64,000 nucleotides of DNA from an uncultured Muribaculaceae bacterium (GCA_910589055.1 CAJURN010000003.1:84200-148199), one strand, 5' to 3'; numbered from the stretch's first letter, positions 19,270 to 29,672 are shown. Numbers and translations are program-made. Notes: generated by a model from the letters alone, not told the origin.

Positions 19270-19308
19270 GCGGGTGCGTCCGGACTTGGACGCACCCGCA
19301 TTTTTTTT
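19270..19308 (+). terminator. Intrinsic terminator
   Basis: GCGGGTGCGTCC/GGACGCACCCGC 12-bp stem, then A and T8. Confidence 0.9.
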
Positions 19309-19711
19309 GTTACAGAGATTTATGTTAAACGTGTAGCAAAAGTTAACTTAACAATGTTAAAAATAAGTCTTTTTCGTGATTTCATTCTTAAAAATATAGA
19401 GAATTAAAAAAATATAACTTTCTTTGCAGACGGATTATTTCGGACAGAGGTCCGCAGAGACACCCACCCCTAAGAAATACCGGAAAATATCATATACTTA
19501 CTTACAGCCGTCTCCACGGAGACGCAACCGTAAATACAAGACATTTCGTAATTCTCCTGTCAGCCACTCCGGGTTCGCCGTCTCGGCCCACCTTGAAGTC
19601 GCTGTTATCTTGTCGTCAAGGCTCCATGAAAGACTCTGAAGACATAAAAAGCTGAAAAAGAGATAATAATTATATATGTACTAACTTAGTTAAACTTAAA
19701 ACACCCCTTGC

Positions 19712-22700
19712 ATGAAGAACATTTGTTTTCAAATGAACCGGAAAGCATGGCTCGCACTTGTACTGGTGCTTACGATGGCTTTCCCTGCTTTGGCGCAAAA
19801 AATCACAGTCACAGGTACTGTGTACGAGCCTGATGGCGAACCCGCCATTGGCGCGAGTGTCGAGGTACAAGGCGCCGGACATGGCGTTCCTACCGACATT
19901 GACGGTAATTTTACCCTCTCTGTCGCCCCCGACGCAGTCCTTGTAATTTCCTATGTAGGTTGTAACACCGAGACCGTTCCGGTTGAAGGTCGCACCAAAA
20001 TTGAGGTTCATCTCAAAACCAACTCCGTAGCCATGAGCGAACTCGTCGTTGTAGGTTACGGTTCAGTAAAGAAATCCGACGCCACCGGTTCCGTGGCCGT
20101 CATCAAACCCGATGAAATCGAGGCCGGTATCGCCACCTCTACCCAGGATCTTCTCGTGGGTGCAAGCCCCGGTGTCGTTGTAACTACCGATGGCGGTAAT
20201 CCTGCCGGAGGCGCTACAATCCGTATCCGCGGCGGTTCCTCTCTCTCGGCTTCCAACGACCCTCTTATCGTGATTGACGGTGTGCCTCAGACCAACCAGA
20301 ATCAGGGTGGCGGCATGAATGCCCTCACGATGATCAATCCCCAGAACATCGAGAGCATGACAATCCTCAAGGACGCTTCCGCTACTGCAATCTACGGTTC
20401 GCGCGCATCCAACGGTGTCATCATCATCACCACAAAACGCGGTCAGACCGGTCGTCCGCAGGTCAACTTCTCTGCCAACTTCTCCGTGAATACCGCCCGC
20501 AAGAAACTCAACGTTCTCACAGGCGACGAATTTGCCGACGTAGTACGCAACAACCTCAGCGAAACAACAATCGCACAGCTCGGCTACAACGGCGAGATGT
20601 ACAACACCGACTGGCAGAAGGAAGTGCTCCGCACAACATTCTCCCACGACTACAACCTGAGCGTCGGCGGTAAGGCCGGTGTGCTTCCCTACCGTGTGAG
20701 CGCAAGCTATACCGACAACGAAGGTATCCTTAAAACCTCATCTATGGAACGTACCACAGTGGGATTCAACCTCTCGCCCAAGTTCTTTGATGACAAGCTC
20801 TCAATCAATGCCAATGCCACAGGTACCTATGCCCGCACAGGCAATGCCGACGGCGGAGCTATCGGTGCAGCTCTCGGTTTCGACCCCACCAAGCCTGTCT
20901 ACTCCAACATTCCCATGGCCGGTAACACAGGCATGATGCTCTACAACGGCTACTATAACTACGCTCCCGGCGGAAAGAACGACAAGAACTCAGCTATCAA
21001 CCCGCTCCAGCTTCTCAACGATGTCGACAGCCATAACAAAACACTGTCTTCATCCGGCAACCTGCAGATTGACTACGCACTTCACTTCCTCCCCGAACTC
21101 CACTTCAACCTTAACCTCGGTTATCAGGTGTCGAAGAACGACTGTGAGTCGACCACAGCAGCCAACTCACTTCAGAACTGGCGCAATACCGGACTTATCG
21201 CAAATAACGCAGCCGGTGCCGAAACCCTTTACAAGTGGCACGAAATCCAGCGTAACACAATGCTCGACTTCTACGCCAACTATAAGAAGGACTTCGAGGC
21301 CATCAAATCTAACGTTGACGTGATGGTGGGTTATTCCTGGCAGAAATTCTCTTACCTCGCCCGCTCCAACACTTATGTAAACGGCTACGGCTTCACCGAC
21401 GGTGCAGGCAACAATGACTTCGCCTACAACAACGGCGCATACTACATGGACTGGAACACCGTGAACTCCATCGGTGATGCTGTCAACAACGACCGCATGT
21501 CCCGTTGGGCCGCTCCAACCCAGCTCATTTCATTCTTCGGTCGTCTCAACTATACATTCGACGACACATACCTCCTCACTTTCACACTTCGTGACGACGC
21601 TTCCTCACGTTTCAGTAAGGATACCCGCTGGGGTCTCTTCCCCTCGGTAGCCCTCGGATGGAAGATATCGAACCTTCCCGTGTTCCAGGATCAGAAAGTG
21701 CTCACCGAATGGAAGCTCCGCCTCGGTTGGGGTGAGACAGGTCAGCAGGATATCGGTTCCTACTTCCCCTACCTGCCTATCTACACAATCTCCAGCAACA
21801 ACAACTTCAACTATCCCGGCTATTTCACACCCGGATTCATCCAGACCATCTATCCCCAGCCCTACGATACCAAAATCAAATGGGAAACAACGGCTACATG
21901 GAACGTCGGTTTCGACCTCTCATTCCTGAACAACCGTATCACAGCCAACCTTGACTGGTATCTGCGCAACACACGCGACCTTCTCGCACACACTCCCGCA
22001 CAGGGCGTACAGACATCCGACTACCTTACAACCAACATCGGTAATCTCCGCAACTACGGTCTTGAAGCTACAATCGGAGCTAAACCCGTAGTGACAAGAG
22101 ACGTTACCTGGACAACCGGATTCAACGTGGCTTGGAACCGCAGCAAGATCACCAAGCTCAACGGCGATGCTCCCATCGGCGCACGTGATCTCCCCGGCGG
22201 TGGTATCGGTGATAAAATCCAGTGGTTTATTGAAGGCGAGGCTCCTTACACCTACCGTGTATATCAGCAGGTGTACGACAACAGCGGCAATCCTATCGAA
22301 GGCCAGTACGTCGACCAGAACGCCGACGGCAAGATTGACTCTCAGGACCTTATCAACTTCCACTCTCCGGAACCCAAGGTTACTCTGTCTTGGAGCAACA
22401 ACGTGAACTACCGTAACTGGGACTTCGGTATCTCTCTGCGTGCCAACATCGGCAACTGGGTCTACAACGCACCCCGCCGCCAGCACACAGTGCTCTCAAC
22501 CGTGGATCAGTACGGTCTCAACAACCTCCTGGCCGACGAGTTCTACTTTGTTCAGTCCGGAAGCCAGCTCGCTTTCAGCGATTACTTCGTTGAAAACGCA
22601 TCCTTTATCCGCTGCGACAACATCACTGTCGGTTACACATGGGAAAACCTTCTGAACAACAACCTCCGTCTGCGTCTGTTCGGAGCTTGCCAGAATCCCT

Positions 22701-22810
22701 TCGTAATCACCAAGTACAAAGGTATCGACCCCGAAGTGTTCTCCGGTTGCGACGACAATGTGTATCCCCGTCCCGTTACCTTCACACTCGGTCTTATCGC
22801 CACATTCTAA
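19712..22810 (+). CDS. susC: SusC/RagA TonB-dependent transporter
   Basis: VVVGYG, IRIRGGSSLSASNDPLIVIDG, KDASATAIYGSRASNGVIIITTK, C-terminal YPRP...F. Start may be 19733. Confidence 0.97.
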   Translation: MKNICFQMNRKAWLALVLVLTMAFPALAQKITVTGTVYEPDGEPAIGASVEVQGAGHGVPTDIDGNFTLSVAPDAVLVISYVGCNTETVPVEGRTKIEVHLKTNSVAMSELVVVGYGSVKKSDATGSVAVIKPDEIEAGIATSTQDLLVGASPGVVVTTDGGNPAGGATIRIRGGSSLSASNDPLIVIDGVPQTNQNQGGGMNALTMINPQNIESMTILKDASATAIYGSRASNGVIIITTKRGQTGRPQVNFSANFSVNTARKKLNVLTGDEFADVVRNNLSETTIAQLGYNGEMYNTDWQKEVLRTTFSHDYNLSVGGKAGVLPYRVSASYTDNEGILKTSSMERTTVGFNLSPKFFDDKLSINANATGTYARTGNADGGAIGAALGFDPTKPVYSNIPMAGNTGMMLYNGYYNYAPGGKNDKNSAINPLQLLNDVDSHNKTLSSSGNLQIDYALHFLPELHFNLNLGYQVSKNDCESTTAANSLQNWRNTGLIANNAAGAETLYKWHEIQRNTMLDFYANYKKDFEAIKSNVDVMVGYSWQKFSYLARSNTYVNGYGFTDGAGNNDFAYNNGAYYMDWNTVNSIGDAVNNDRMSRWAAPTQLISFFGRLNYTFDDTYLLTFTLRDDASSRFSKDTRWGLFPSVALGWKISNLPVFQDQKVLTEWKLRLGWGETGQQDIGSYFPYLPIYTISSNNNFNYPGYFTPGFIQTIYPQPYDTKIKWETTATWNVGFDLSFLNNRITANLDWYLRNTRDLLAHTPAQGVQTSDYLTTNIGNLRNYGLEATIGAKPVVTRDVTWTTGFNVAWNRSKITKLNGDAPIGARDLPGGGIGDKIQWFIEGEAPYTYRVYQQVYDNSGNPIEGQYVDQNADGKIDSQDLINFHSPEPKVTLSWSNNVNYRNWDFGISLRANIGNWVYNAPRRQHTVLSTVDQYGLNNLLADEFYFVQSGSQLAFSDYFVENASFIRCDNITVGYTWENLLNNNLRLRLFGACQNPFVITKYKGIDPEVFSGCDDNVYPRPVTFTLGLIATF

Positions 22811-22841
22811 TCGATTACCCTTCCAAGCATAAGATTTTATT

Positions 22842-24575
22842 ATGAAATTCAATAAAATATTCACCGCAGCCGCTCTTCTGGCTGCATCCATGTCGGTGGG
22901 ATCCTGCATAGGCGACCTTGATCTGGAGCCCACAAGCCCCAACGACATCACCTCCGGTACTTTCCCCTCCGACCCCAAGGGTTATATGGAAAAGGCCATC
23001 GGTTTTGTATATCAGGATTTCGCCACCTATGGTTATGGTACCAACAACGACGGCTCGAACATCCTTACTTCAATGGACGGCGGTATGTCCACCTTCCAGC
23101 GCTCTGTATTCATCCTTCAGGAAATACCTACCGATGAAGCCAACTGGCTGCCGAGTAACGATGCCGTGGATCCCAACTTCCAGTATGGTATCGTGCCCGA
23201 CAACAACGGTGTGGCAATGGGTACATACTCACGTTTCATGGTGAATGTGGCTCTGTGTAACAACTTCCTCCAGAACGAGTTCGGCTGCACAACCGACGAG
23301 GAAATCGCAATCCGTGATGAATTCCGCCGTCAGGCCCGAATCCTCCGTGCAGGCTGCTACTTCTATCTTATCGACTGCTTCGGCAATGTGCCCTGGGCTA
23401 CCGAGGAAGTGGCTATGGGCGAAATTGCTCCCCAGCTCAGTACTGACTTCGCCGAGGGTCGCCGTATGGTGTTCGACGCAGTTACAAAAGACCTCGAGGA
23501 CATCGTGGCTTACTATAAGGAAAACGATCCCAACAACCGTCCTCCCTACGGATATGTAGGTCTTGACGTGGCTGAATCTCTGCTCGTGAAGTTCTATCTC
23601 AATGCCGAAGTCTATACAGGCATCGAGCGTTGGAAAGATTGTTTCGACCACGCTGAAGCGGTAATCGCACGTCTCGGCAAGGGTGGTTTCGTTTCGAGCA
23701 CCGGCGACGCTACCGGTCTCTGCTACGGCTACCATCAGAACTTCGCCTATAACAATAAGGCTTTCTCCATCGGCGGTGCATCCGATATCAACGAACTCAT
23801 CTGGAACATTCCCCAGGAATCCGCAACTCTGTCGGCTGAAGGTCTCGGCCTGAAGAGCTACGCAAACGGCGGTTTCATGTGCAACGCATGGATTGGTGAC
23901 GCTCCCGGCGATGCCGACTTCACTTGCACCCAGGCTGAATACAACTCCGGAAACGGTTGGAAATGTATGAGTGCCCGCACTCAGTTTGTTGAAGTGTTCG
24001 AATGGGACGATGCAACAATGGCTACATCCGCCGATGTGCGTACCAAGTTCTGGAAGACTTCCAAGGACGGATTCAACGTTCAGAACGGCGTGTTCGACCA
24101 GCCTAACTGGGGCGACAACGGTTATCTTGCCGTGAAGTTCACCAACTGGTATATCAACGACTTCAACGAAATCGACGAAGACCTTTCTCCCGCACCCGTT
24201 GATCCTCTCGGAATCGACTATGCTATGATTCGTCTGGCCGAAATCTACCTCTCTGCGGCTGAAGCAGCGCTCAACGGCGGAGGTGATGTAGCCAAGGCTC
24301 TCAAATATACCAACTACATCCGCGAACGTGCCGGTATGGAAGCATACACAAGCATCAACCTTACCGAACTGCAGCGTGAGCGTCAGCGCGAACTCTACAC
24401 CGAATGTAACCGCCGTACCGACCTCATCCGCTACGGCAAGTGGATTTCTGGCTATACCTGGAACTGGAAGTACAAGCAGTCTAACGGCCGTGACTTTCCT
24501 TCCTACTTCAATGTATATCCTATTCCCGCAACCGTGGTTACACGTAACGGCTACGTACAGAACCCCGGCTATTGA
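22842..24575 (+). CDS. susD: SusD/RagB glycan-binding lipoprotein
   Basis: Lipobox VGSC-IGDLD, FGNVP, IRLAEIYL..AEA, ERQREL..E..RRTDLIR, QNPGY. Confidence 0.95.
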   Translation: MKFNKIFTAAALLAASMSVGSCIGDLDLEPTSPNDITSGTFPSDPKGYMEKAIGFVYQDFATYGYGTNNDGSNILTSMDGGMSTFQRSVFILQEIPTDEANWLPSNDAVDPNFQYGIVPDNNGVAMGTYSRFMVNVALCNNFLQNEFGCTTDEEIAIRDEFRRQARILRAGCYFYLIDCFGNVPWATEEVAMGEIAPQLSTDFAEGRRMVFDAVTKDLEDIVAYYKENDPNNRPPYGYVGLDVAESLLVKFYLNAEVYTGIERWKDCFDHAEAVIARLGKGGFVSSTGDATGLCYGYHQNFAYNNKAFSIGGASDINELIWNIPQESATLSAEGLGLKSYANGGFMCNAWIGDAPGDADFTCTQAEYNSGNGWKCMSARTQFVEVFEWDDATMATSADVRTKFWKTSKDGFNVQNGVFDQPNWGDNGYLAVKFTNWYINDFNEIDEDLSPAPVDPLGIDYAMIRLAEIYLSAAEAALNGGGDVAKALKYTNYIRERAGMEAYTSINLTELQRERQRELYTECNRRTDLIRYGKWISGYTWNWKYKQSNGRDFPSYFNVYPIPATVVTRNGYVQNPGY

Positions 24576-24611
24576 TTACAACCCCTTCAAAACTTTCAAA
24601 GAATATAAATC

Positions 24612-25892
24612 ATGAACAAAATATCTATATTCATGGCAGCCGCTGCCGTAGTTCTCGGGGTAAGTTCCTGCTCCGAAGACCGCGACCCGGTGTACCAGGC
24701 GCCCACAACCTACGTGCTGAACGTGCCTGCGATGCAGGATCAGTACATCGCTCTTGAGAAAGGCGCCACCCTCGAGCTTGTTTCCTCCCAGCCCGATTAC
24801 GGCTACTCGGCAATTACCGAATATTCGGCTGAAATGTCTCTCAGCCCTGACTTCGCGACTTTCGAATCGCTTGAACCGGTCGACCCCACACAGGCTCGCC
24901 TTATGCTCAAGCAGGAAAAGATTGCTGAAGCAATATGTAAACTTCAGGGAATCGAGGAACCCGAGCAGTTCGAGGATTTCTATGGCGATCCTGCCAGAGT
25001 AGACCAATTGTACTTCCGTACCATCGCGCAACTTTCCGGAGTGGAAAGTTCCAAGATTGTATCGAACGTTGTATCGTACAACAATGTCCGCACTTATTTC
25101 GCTGTGCCGCAGCCCGGCTGTATCTACCTTGTGGGTTCTCCCGAAGGTTGGGCCGGTCCTACCGAAGCTAATGCGGCTCACTATGAAGACTGGAAACTCA
25201 CCGAGCCCAAGGACGCTATCGGATCTAAGGTCTACACAGGTGTATTTGTGATGCCCACAGCTCCGATGTTCCGCTTCTATACAGCTCTCACGGGATGGGA
25301 TGCGGATTCTTACGGTTCTCAGCCTGACGACAATCCCATTGACTTCCCCGATCTTACAAATGCCGAGGGTGCAAGTTTCACAACACCGGTTGTCAAAGGT
25401 AAGGGTGCGTTCAACTTCCCGAACTGGACTGAAGGCAAGATGACTATCGTGGTTGACATGTCCGATTCCAAGAACATCACTCTCACAATCACCGCAGGTG
25501 AAAGCGAAGTTACCGTGTCGAAGTATATCTACCTCGTGGGCAGTCTCAGCGGCTGGGGCGCACCCGAAGAAGGCAATGCCGCTTCGTTTGCCAACTACCG
25601 TCTGGTCGACAACAGCGACTCCGGCATCTACACCGGAACATTCGCAGTGCCCGCCGGTCACCTTAACTTCCGTTTTGCCCTCTCACTCAGCGAGAGCGAC
25701 GGCTGGAACAATCCCAACCAGATTGGCGCTGCCGAAAATGACGGCGATGTTGCCTGCACCCTCGCGGGTGGAACCTACAACGGTTCGTACGTCTTAGGAA
25801 AGGGCAACTGGGCGTTTGAAATCGACCAGGATTGCAACATGGTATTCACCGTGGACACCAATAACCGCACTGTATCATTCAAACAGGAATAA
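24612..25892 (+). CDS. SusE-like outer-membrane lipoprotein
   Basis: Lipobox VSSC-SEDRD, QPDYGY SusE N-terminal motif, two IYLVGS...W CBM-like modules. Confidence 0.8.
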   Translation: MNKISIFMAAAAVVLGVSSCSEDRDPVYQAPTTYVLNVPAMQDQYIALEKGATLELVSSQPDYGYSAITEYSAEMSLSPDFATFESLEPVDPTQARLMLKQEKIAEAICKLQGIEEPEQFEDFYGDPARVDQLYFRTIAQLSGVESSKIVSNVVSYNNVRTYFAVPQPGCIYLVGSPEGWAGPTEANAAHYEDWKLTEPKDAIGSKVYTGVFVMPTAPMFRFYTALTGWDADSYGSQPDDNPIDFPDLTNAEGASFTTPVVKGKGAFNFPNWTEGKMTIVVDMSDSKNITLTITAGESEVTVSKYIYLVGSLSGWGAPEEGNAASFANYRLVDNSDSGIYTGTFAVPAGHLNFRFALSLSESDGWNNPNQIGAAENDGDVACTLAGGTYNGSYVLGKGNWAFEIDQDCNMVFTVDTNNRTVSFKQE

Positions 25893-25954
25893 TCAATCCC
25901 GCTCCGGGCGTAACCATCCGCCCGGAGCATCACTGAAAAATTTCCAGAAACAAC

Positions 25955-27412
25955 ATGAAAAAATTTGCAATATACGGTCTCGCGGCATTTGCAGCTCTCG
26001 GCTTTACTGCCTGTGACGACTACGAAGAACCCAATCCGCAGCCCCAGACCAATCCGCAGAGCACCGTGCTCAATGCAGCGGATGTGAAAGTGGAGAACGC
26101 TCTCACCGAAGGTGGCGAATATTCCCTCGAGCAGCTCAGCAACGAAGGAAAAAACATCGTGGTGGCTGTTGTAAGCAACACGCTTCTTCCCGAAGGTTAC
26201 ACCCTTCAGCCCGTGCTTGAAATCTCGGCCAACGACTTCTCTACTTCAGCAGTTGTTCCCGCATCAGCCGAAGCTGTTGAAGATGCCGAAGGTACATATA
26301 ATGTACTTGTCAACCCCGACGATCTTCAGGGCGTGTTCTACAACAAGATTTCCAAGAGCTCCAAGGCAAAGGAAATTTCCGTTCGTTTCCTCCTCAATAC
26401 TGTTTACGACAAACAGGTTGCGACAGTAGGCGGTCTCGACAACATCTACGGCCCCTTCAATATGACTGTGCTGCCTTTCCCCGCAGGTATGGTGATTGAA
26501 CAGAACTACTATGTTCTTGGAACTATCAACAACTGGGGCGTTGCCGACGCTGTAAAGATGCAGCACTCCGGCAAGGATCCTTACGATGACCCCGTGTTCG
26601 CTCTCTATGTTGAGACCACATCCGACTGGTGGTGGAAGATTGTTCCCGAGTCCACAGTGGCCGCAGGCGACTGGACCGATGAGGATTACTCTCAGTTCGG
26701 TGTTGCCGAGAACGGCGACAGCGCTATGGCGGGTCTTCTCGTGGGCAAAAATGAGGCCACTCCCGAACCCGGAGCAGGTAACATCAAGGAAGCCGGTGCG
26801 TACGTCCTTGTAATCAATATGGAAGAAAGCTCCTACGAGTTCATTCCCGCAGCCGACTACCTTTACACGCCCGGTAACAGCAACGGCTGGAACCACGGAG
26901 CATGCCAGGTACTTGCCACCGAGGATCATATCAACTTCTTCGGATATGCTTCCCTTAACGGCGAATACAAGTTCACCAGCACTCCCGGCTGGGACGGCAT
27001 CAACTACGGTTCCACCGGCGTTGAAGGCCAGCTCACCAAAGATGGCGGCGCAGGCAACCTCAATGCTGCCGAAGGTCTTTATTGGGCGAATGTTGACGTT
27101 GCCCGTCTGACTTATACCCTTACTGCCATCAACACTATCGGTGTTATCGGCGACGCTACTCCCGCAGGCTGGGATGCTTCGACTCCCCTCACTCCTTCCG
27201 CCGATTTCCTCCAGTGGACAGGTACAGTGAAGTTCAACGCCACAGGTGAGTATAAGTTCCGCGCCAACGACGGTTGGGACATCAACCTTGGCGGAAACGA
27301 GTTTGAGCTCGTTCAGGACGGTGGCAACATGGCTACTCCCGGAGCAGGCGAGTTTGATATCGTTCTCGACCTCTCAAGCGTTCCCTACACCGCAACCCTC
27401 ACCGCGAAATAA
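25955..27412 (+). CDS. SusF/SusE-like starch-binding lipoprotein
   Basis: Lipobox FTAC-DDYEE; GVIGDATPAGWD and YKFRANDGWDINLGG, typical of SusE/F CBMs. Confidence 0.85.
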   Translation: MKKFAIYGLAAFAALGFTACDDYEEPNPQPQTNPQSTVLNAADVKVENALTEGGEYSLEQLSNEGKNIVVAVVSNTLLPEGYTLQPVLEISANDFSTSAVVPASAEAVEDAEGTYNVLVNPDDLQGVFYNKISKSSKAKEISVRFLLNTVYDKQVATVGGLDNIYGPFNMTVLPFPAGMVIEQNYYVLGTINNWGVADAVKMQHSGKDPYDDPVFALYVETTSDWWWKIVPESTVAAGDWTDEDYSQFGVAENGDSAMAGLLVGKNEATPEPGAGNIKEAGAYVLVINMEESSYEFIPAADYLYTPGNSNGWNHGACQVLATEDHINFFGYASLNGEYKFTSTPGWDGINYGSTGVEGQLTKDGGAGNLNAAEGLYWANVDVARLTYTLTAINTIGVIGDATPAGWDASTPLTPSADFLQWTGTVKFNATGEYKFRANDGWDINLGGNEFELVQDGGNMATPGAGEFDIVLDLSSVPYTATLTAK

Positions 27413-27625
27413 GTATTATCTTTAATTAGGTAACAGCTAATGTGCGTCCGGAGGTTATCGGCGTAGACGCTTTCAAAGAAAGACCCTGATTATTTAGTAA
27501 CCCCGCACACCGCAGGCTTTATGCCGGAGGTGTGCGGGGTTACCATACCATATGATAATGGCGTCCGGAGGACGCCGGTTTGTCTCCATTAGATTAGTGC
27601 ATCATACTGCTTTTTATCTTGAAAT

Positions 27626-29497
27626 ATGAAACGACTCTCTTTATTACTACTTGGGCTGGCCGCCGGAGCCGCATCGGTGTTCGGCGCGCGCAAAGCACCG
27701 TTGGAAGTCACCAACGTCGAGCCGCCATGCTGGTGGACAGGCATGGTCTCCGATTCCCTTCAGGTGCTTCTTACCGGCCCCGGCATAGCTGCCGCTGACG
27801 TGTCGGTGGATTATCCCGGCATCAGCCTTGTCGAAGACGTACGTCTTGACAGCCCCAACTACAAGCTGCTTTACTTCACCATCTCTCCCGAGACGCTTCC
27901 CGGCACGATGGATATCCGACTGAGTGTGAAAGGCCGCAAATGCACGGTGCCGTATCCTCTGCTCGCGCGTGACCGCCGGGGCGAGGATTACACGGGATTT
28001 GATGCCTCCGACGTGCTCTACCTGCTCATGCCCGACCGTTTTGCAAAAGGTCTCGACCCGAAACTCGACCTCACGGCAGGACTTGAATATCCCGTGGCAA
28101 ACGACCGCTCCAATCCTAACGGTCGCCACGGAGGCGACATGAAGGGTGTGGCCGACCACCTTGATTATATCGACTCGCTGGGCGTAACGGCCATATGGCT
28201 CTGTCCTGTGCTTGAGAATGACATGCCCGGCGGTTCGTATCATGGCTATGCAACGACCGATTACTACCGTATCGACCCCCGTTTCGGCTCCAACGACGAC
28301 TGGACCTCGCTTGTTGCCGAGGCGCAGAAGAAAGGTCTGAAAGTGGTGATGGATATGATTTTCAACCACTCCGGCTCCAACCATCCCTGGATGAAGGATA
28401 TGCCGATGAAGGACTGGTACAATCACCCTGAGGGCGATGTGCTCACGAATTTTCGCCTTACTACGGTGCATGACCCCTATGCGTCCGACTATGACCTGGA
28501 CCATACGGTCAACGGTTGGTTCGTGAAGGAAATGCCCGACCTGAACCAGCGCAATCCGCATGTGATGAAGTATCTCACTCAGAACTCAATCTGGTGGATC
28601 GAGACCTCCAAAATCAACGGCATACGCATGGACACCTATCCCTATGCCGATATGGAGGGAATGTCGCGTTGGGCTGCCGACGTGCTCCGCGAATATCCCG
28701 AGTTTAATATCGTGGGAGAGTGCTGGTATGGCAACGAGGCTGGAGGCGCTTTCTGGCAGCGCGGCAATCGCCTTAATCCCAAGGAAACCAACCTGCCCAC
28801 AGTGATGGATTTCCATTATATCATCAACGGGCGCAAGGCTTTCAACGACCAAACCGACCCGTGGAACGGACTTAACGGCATCTACGACCATCTGTCGCAA
28901 GATTTCCTTTATCCCGATCCGCAGAAGATTCTCACCTTCCTCGACAATCACGATTCCGACCGTTTCCTCCTTGAAGAACCCGACAGCCTTGGCTCGTGGA
29001 AGCAGGCGCAGGCGTTTCTGCTGACCTCGCGCGGTATTCCGCAGATTTATTACGGCACGGAGATTCTCATGAACGGTTCGAAGGAAGGTTCCGACGGCTA
29101 TGTGCGCCGCGACTTCCCCGGCGGATTCCCCGGCGACACTGTTTCGGCCTTCACTGCCGAAGGCCGCAGCGAAAAGCAGAACGAGGCATGGGATTTCCTT
29201 TCAAAACTCCTGCACTGGCGCCGTGGTGAGGCCAACGATGTCATTGCCCGCGGTCGTCTAAAGCATTTCATGCCGCAGAACGGAATCTATGCCTATGAGC
29301 GCCGTCTCGGCGACCGTCAGGTAGTGGTGCTGATGAATGGCAACGACACACCTCTCACCGTCACGATGGAGCGTACTGCCGAGGTTCTTCCCTATGGCAG
29401 CCGCCGTCACGACGTAATCTCCGGCGAGGAAGTCACCATCGCCGAAGAAATGACCTTCGCCCCCCGCCAGATCATGATTCTCCAGAACTGGCCGTGA
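27626..29497 (+). CDS. susA: GH13 neopullulanase/cyclomaltodextrinase, SusA-like
   Basis: VEPPCWW N-domain, YLLMPDRF, YHGYA, catalytic GIRMDT / VGECW / FLDNHD; SPI-type signal without a lipobox Cys. Confidence 0.9.
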   Translation: MKRLSLLLLGLAAGAASVFGARKAPLEVTNVEPPCWWTGMVSDSLQVLLTGPGIAAADVSVDYPGISLVEDVRLDSPNYKLLYFTISPETLPGTMDIRLSVKGRKCTVPYPLLARDRRGEDYTGFDASDVLYLLMPDRFAKGLDPKLDLTAGLEYPVANDRSNPNGRHGGDMKGVADHLDYIDSLGVTAIWLCPVLENDMPGGSYHGYATTDYYRIDPRFGSNDDWTSLVAEAQKKGLKVVMDMIFNHSGSNHPWMKDMPMKDWYNHPEGDVLTNFRLTTVHDPYASDYDLDHTVNGWFVKEMPDLNQRNPHVMKYLTQNSIWWIETSKINGIRMDTYPYADMEGMSRWAADVLREYPEFNIVGECWYGNEAGGAFWQRGNRLNPKETNLPTVMDFHYIINGRKAFNDQTDPWNGLNGIYDHLSQDFLYPDPQKILTFLDNHDSDRFLLEEPDSLGSWKQAQAFLLTSRGIPQIYYGTEILMNGSKEGSDGYVRRDFPGGFPGDTVSAFTAEGRSEKQNEAWDFLSKLLHWRRGEANDVIARGRLKHFMPQNGIYAYERRLGDRQVVVLMNGNDTPLTVTMERTAEVLPYGSRRHDVISGEEVTIAEEMTFAPRQIMILQNWP

Positions 29498-29513
29498 AAG
29501 GCGCTTGAATTTG

Positions 29514-29566
29514 GGTGAAAGGTTAAAGGTGAAAAGTGAAGCTAAATCATTCATTTACTATCACCT
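29514..29566. repeat. Heptad-period (GGTGAAA/GTTAAA) repeat, degenerate palindrome, copy 1
   Basis: GGTGAAAGGTTAAAGGTGAAAAGTGAAG followed by a decayed inverted arm TTCATTTACTATCACCT. Confidence 0.7.
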
Positions 29567-29605
29567 CCCATATCCAAATTTTTGCCAGATATTATAAATT
29601 CCGAT

Positions 29606-29648
29606 AAAAGAAACCGCCGCGGCTGAGCATTGTCTCTACCGCGGCGGT
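29606..29648 (-). terminator. Terminator of the aminotransferase gene, possibly bidirectional
   Basis: ACCGCCGCGG/CCGCGGCGGT stem with an A-rich tract on the left. Confidence 0.7.
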
Positions 29649-29672
29649 ACTTATGTAGGGATATGTGATGAA

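Noticed and set aside
19310..19430. Invertible promoter upstream of susC
   Set aside because: I found no inverted repeats flanking the promoter and no recombinase in the window.
19424..19639. 71-aa ORF upstream of susC as a leader peptide
   Set aside because: Its TTG start lies inside the putative promoter box and its composition is not protein-like.
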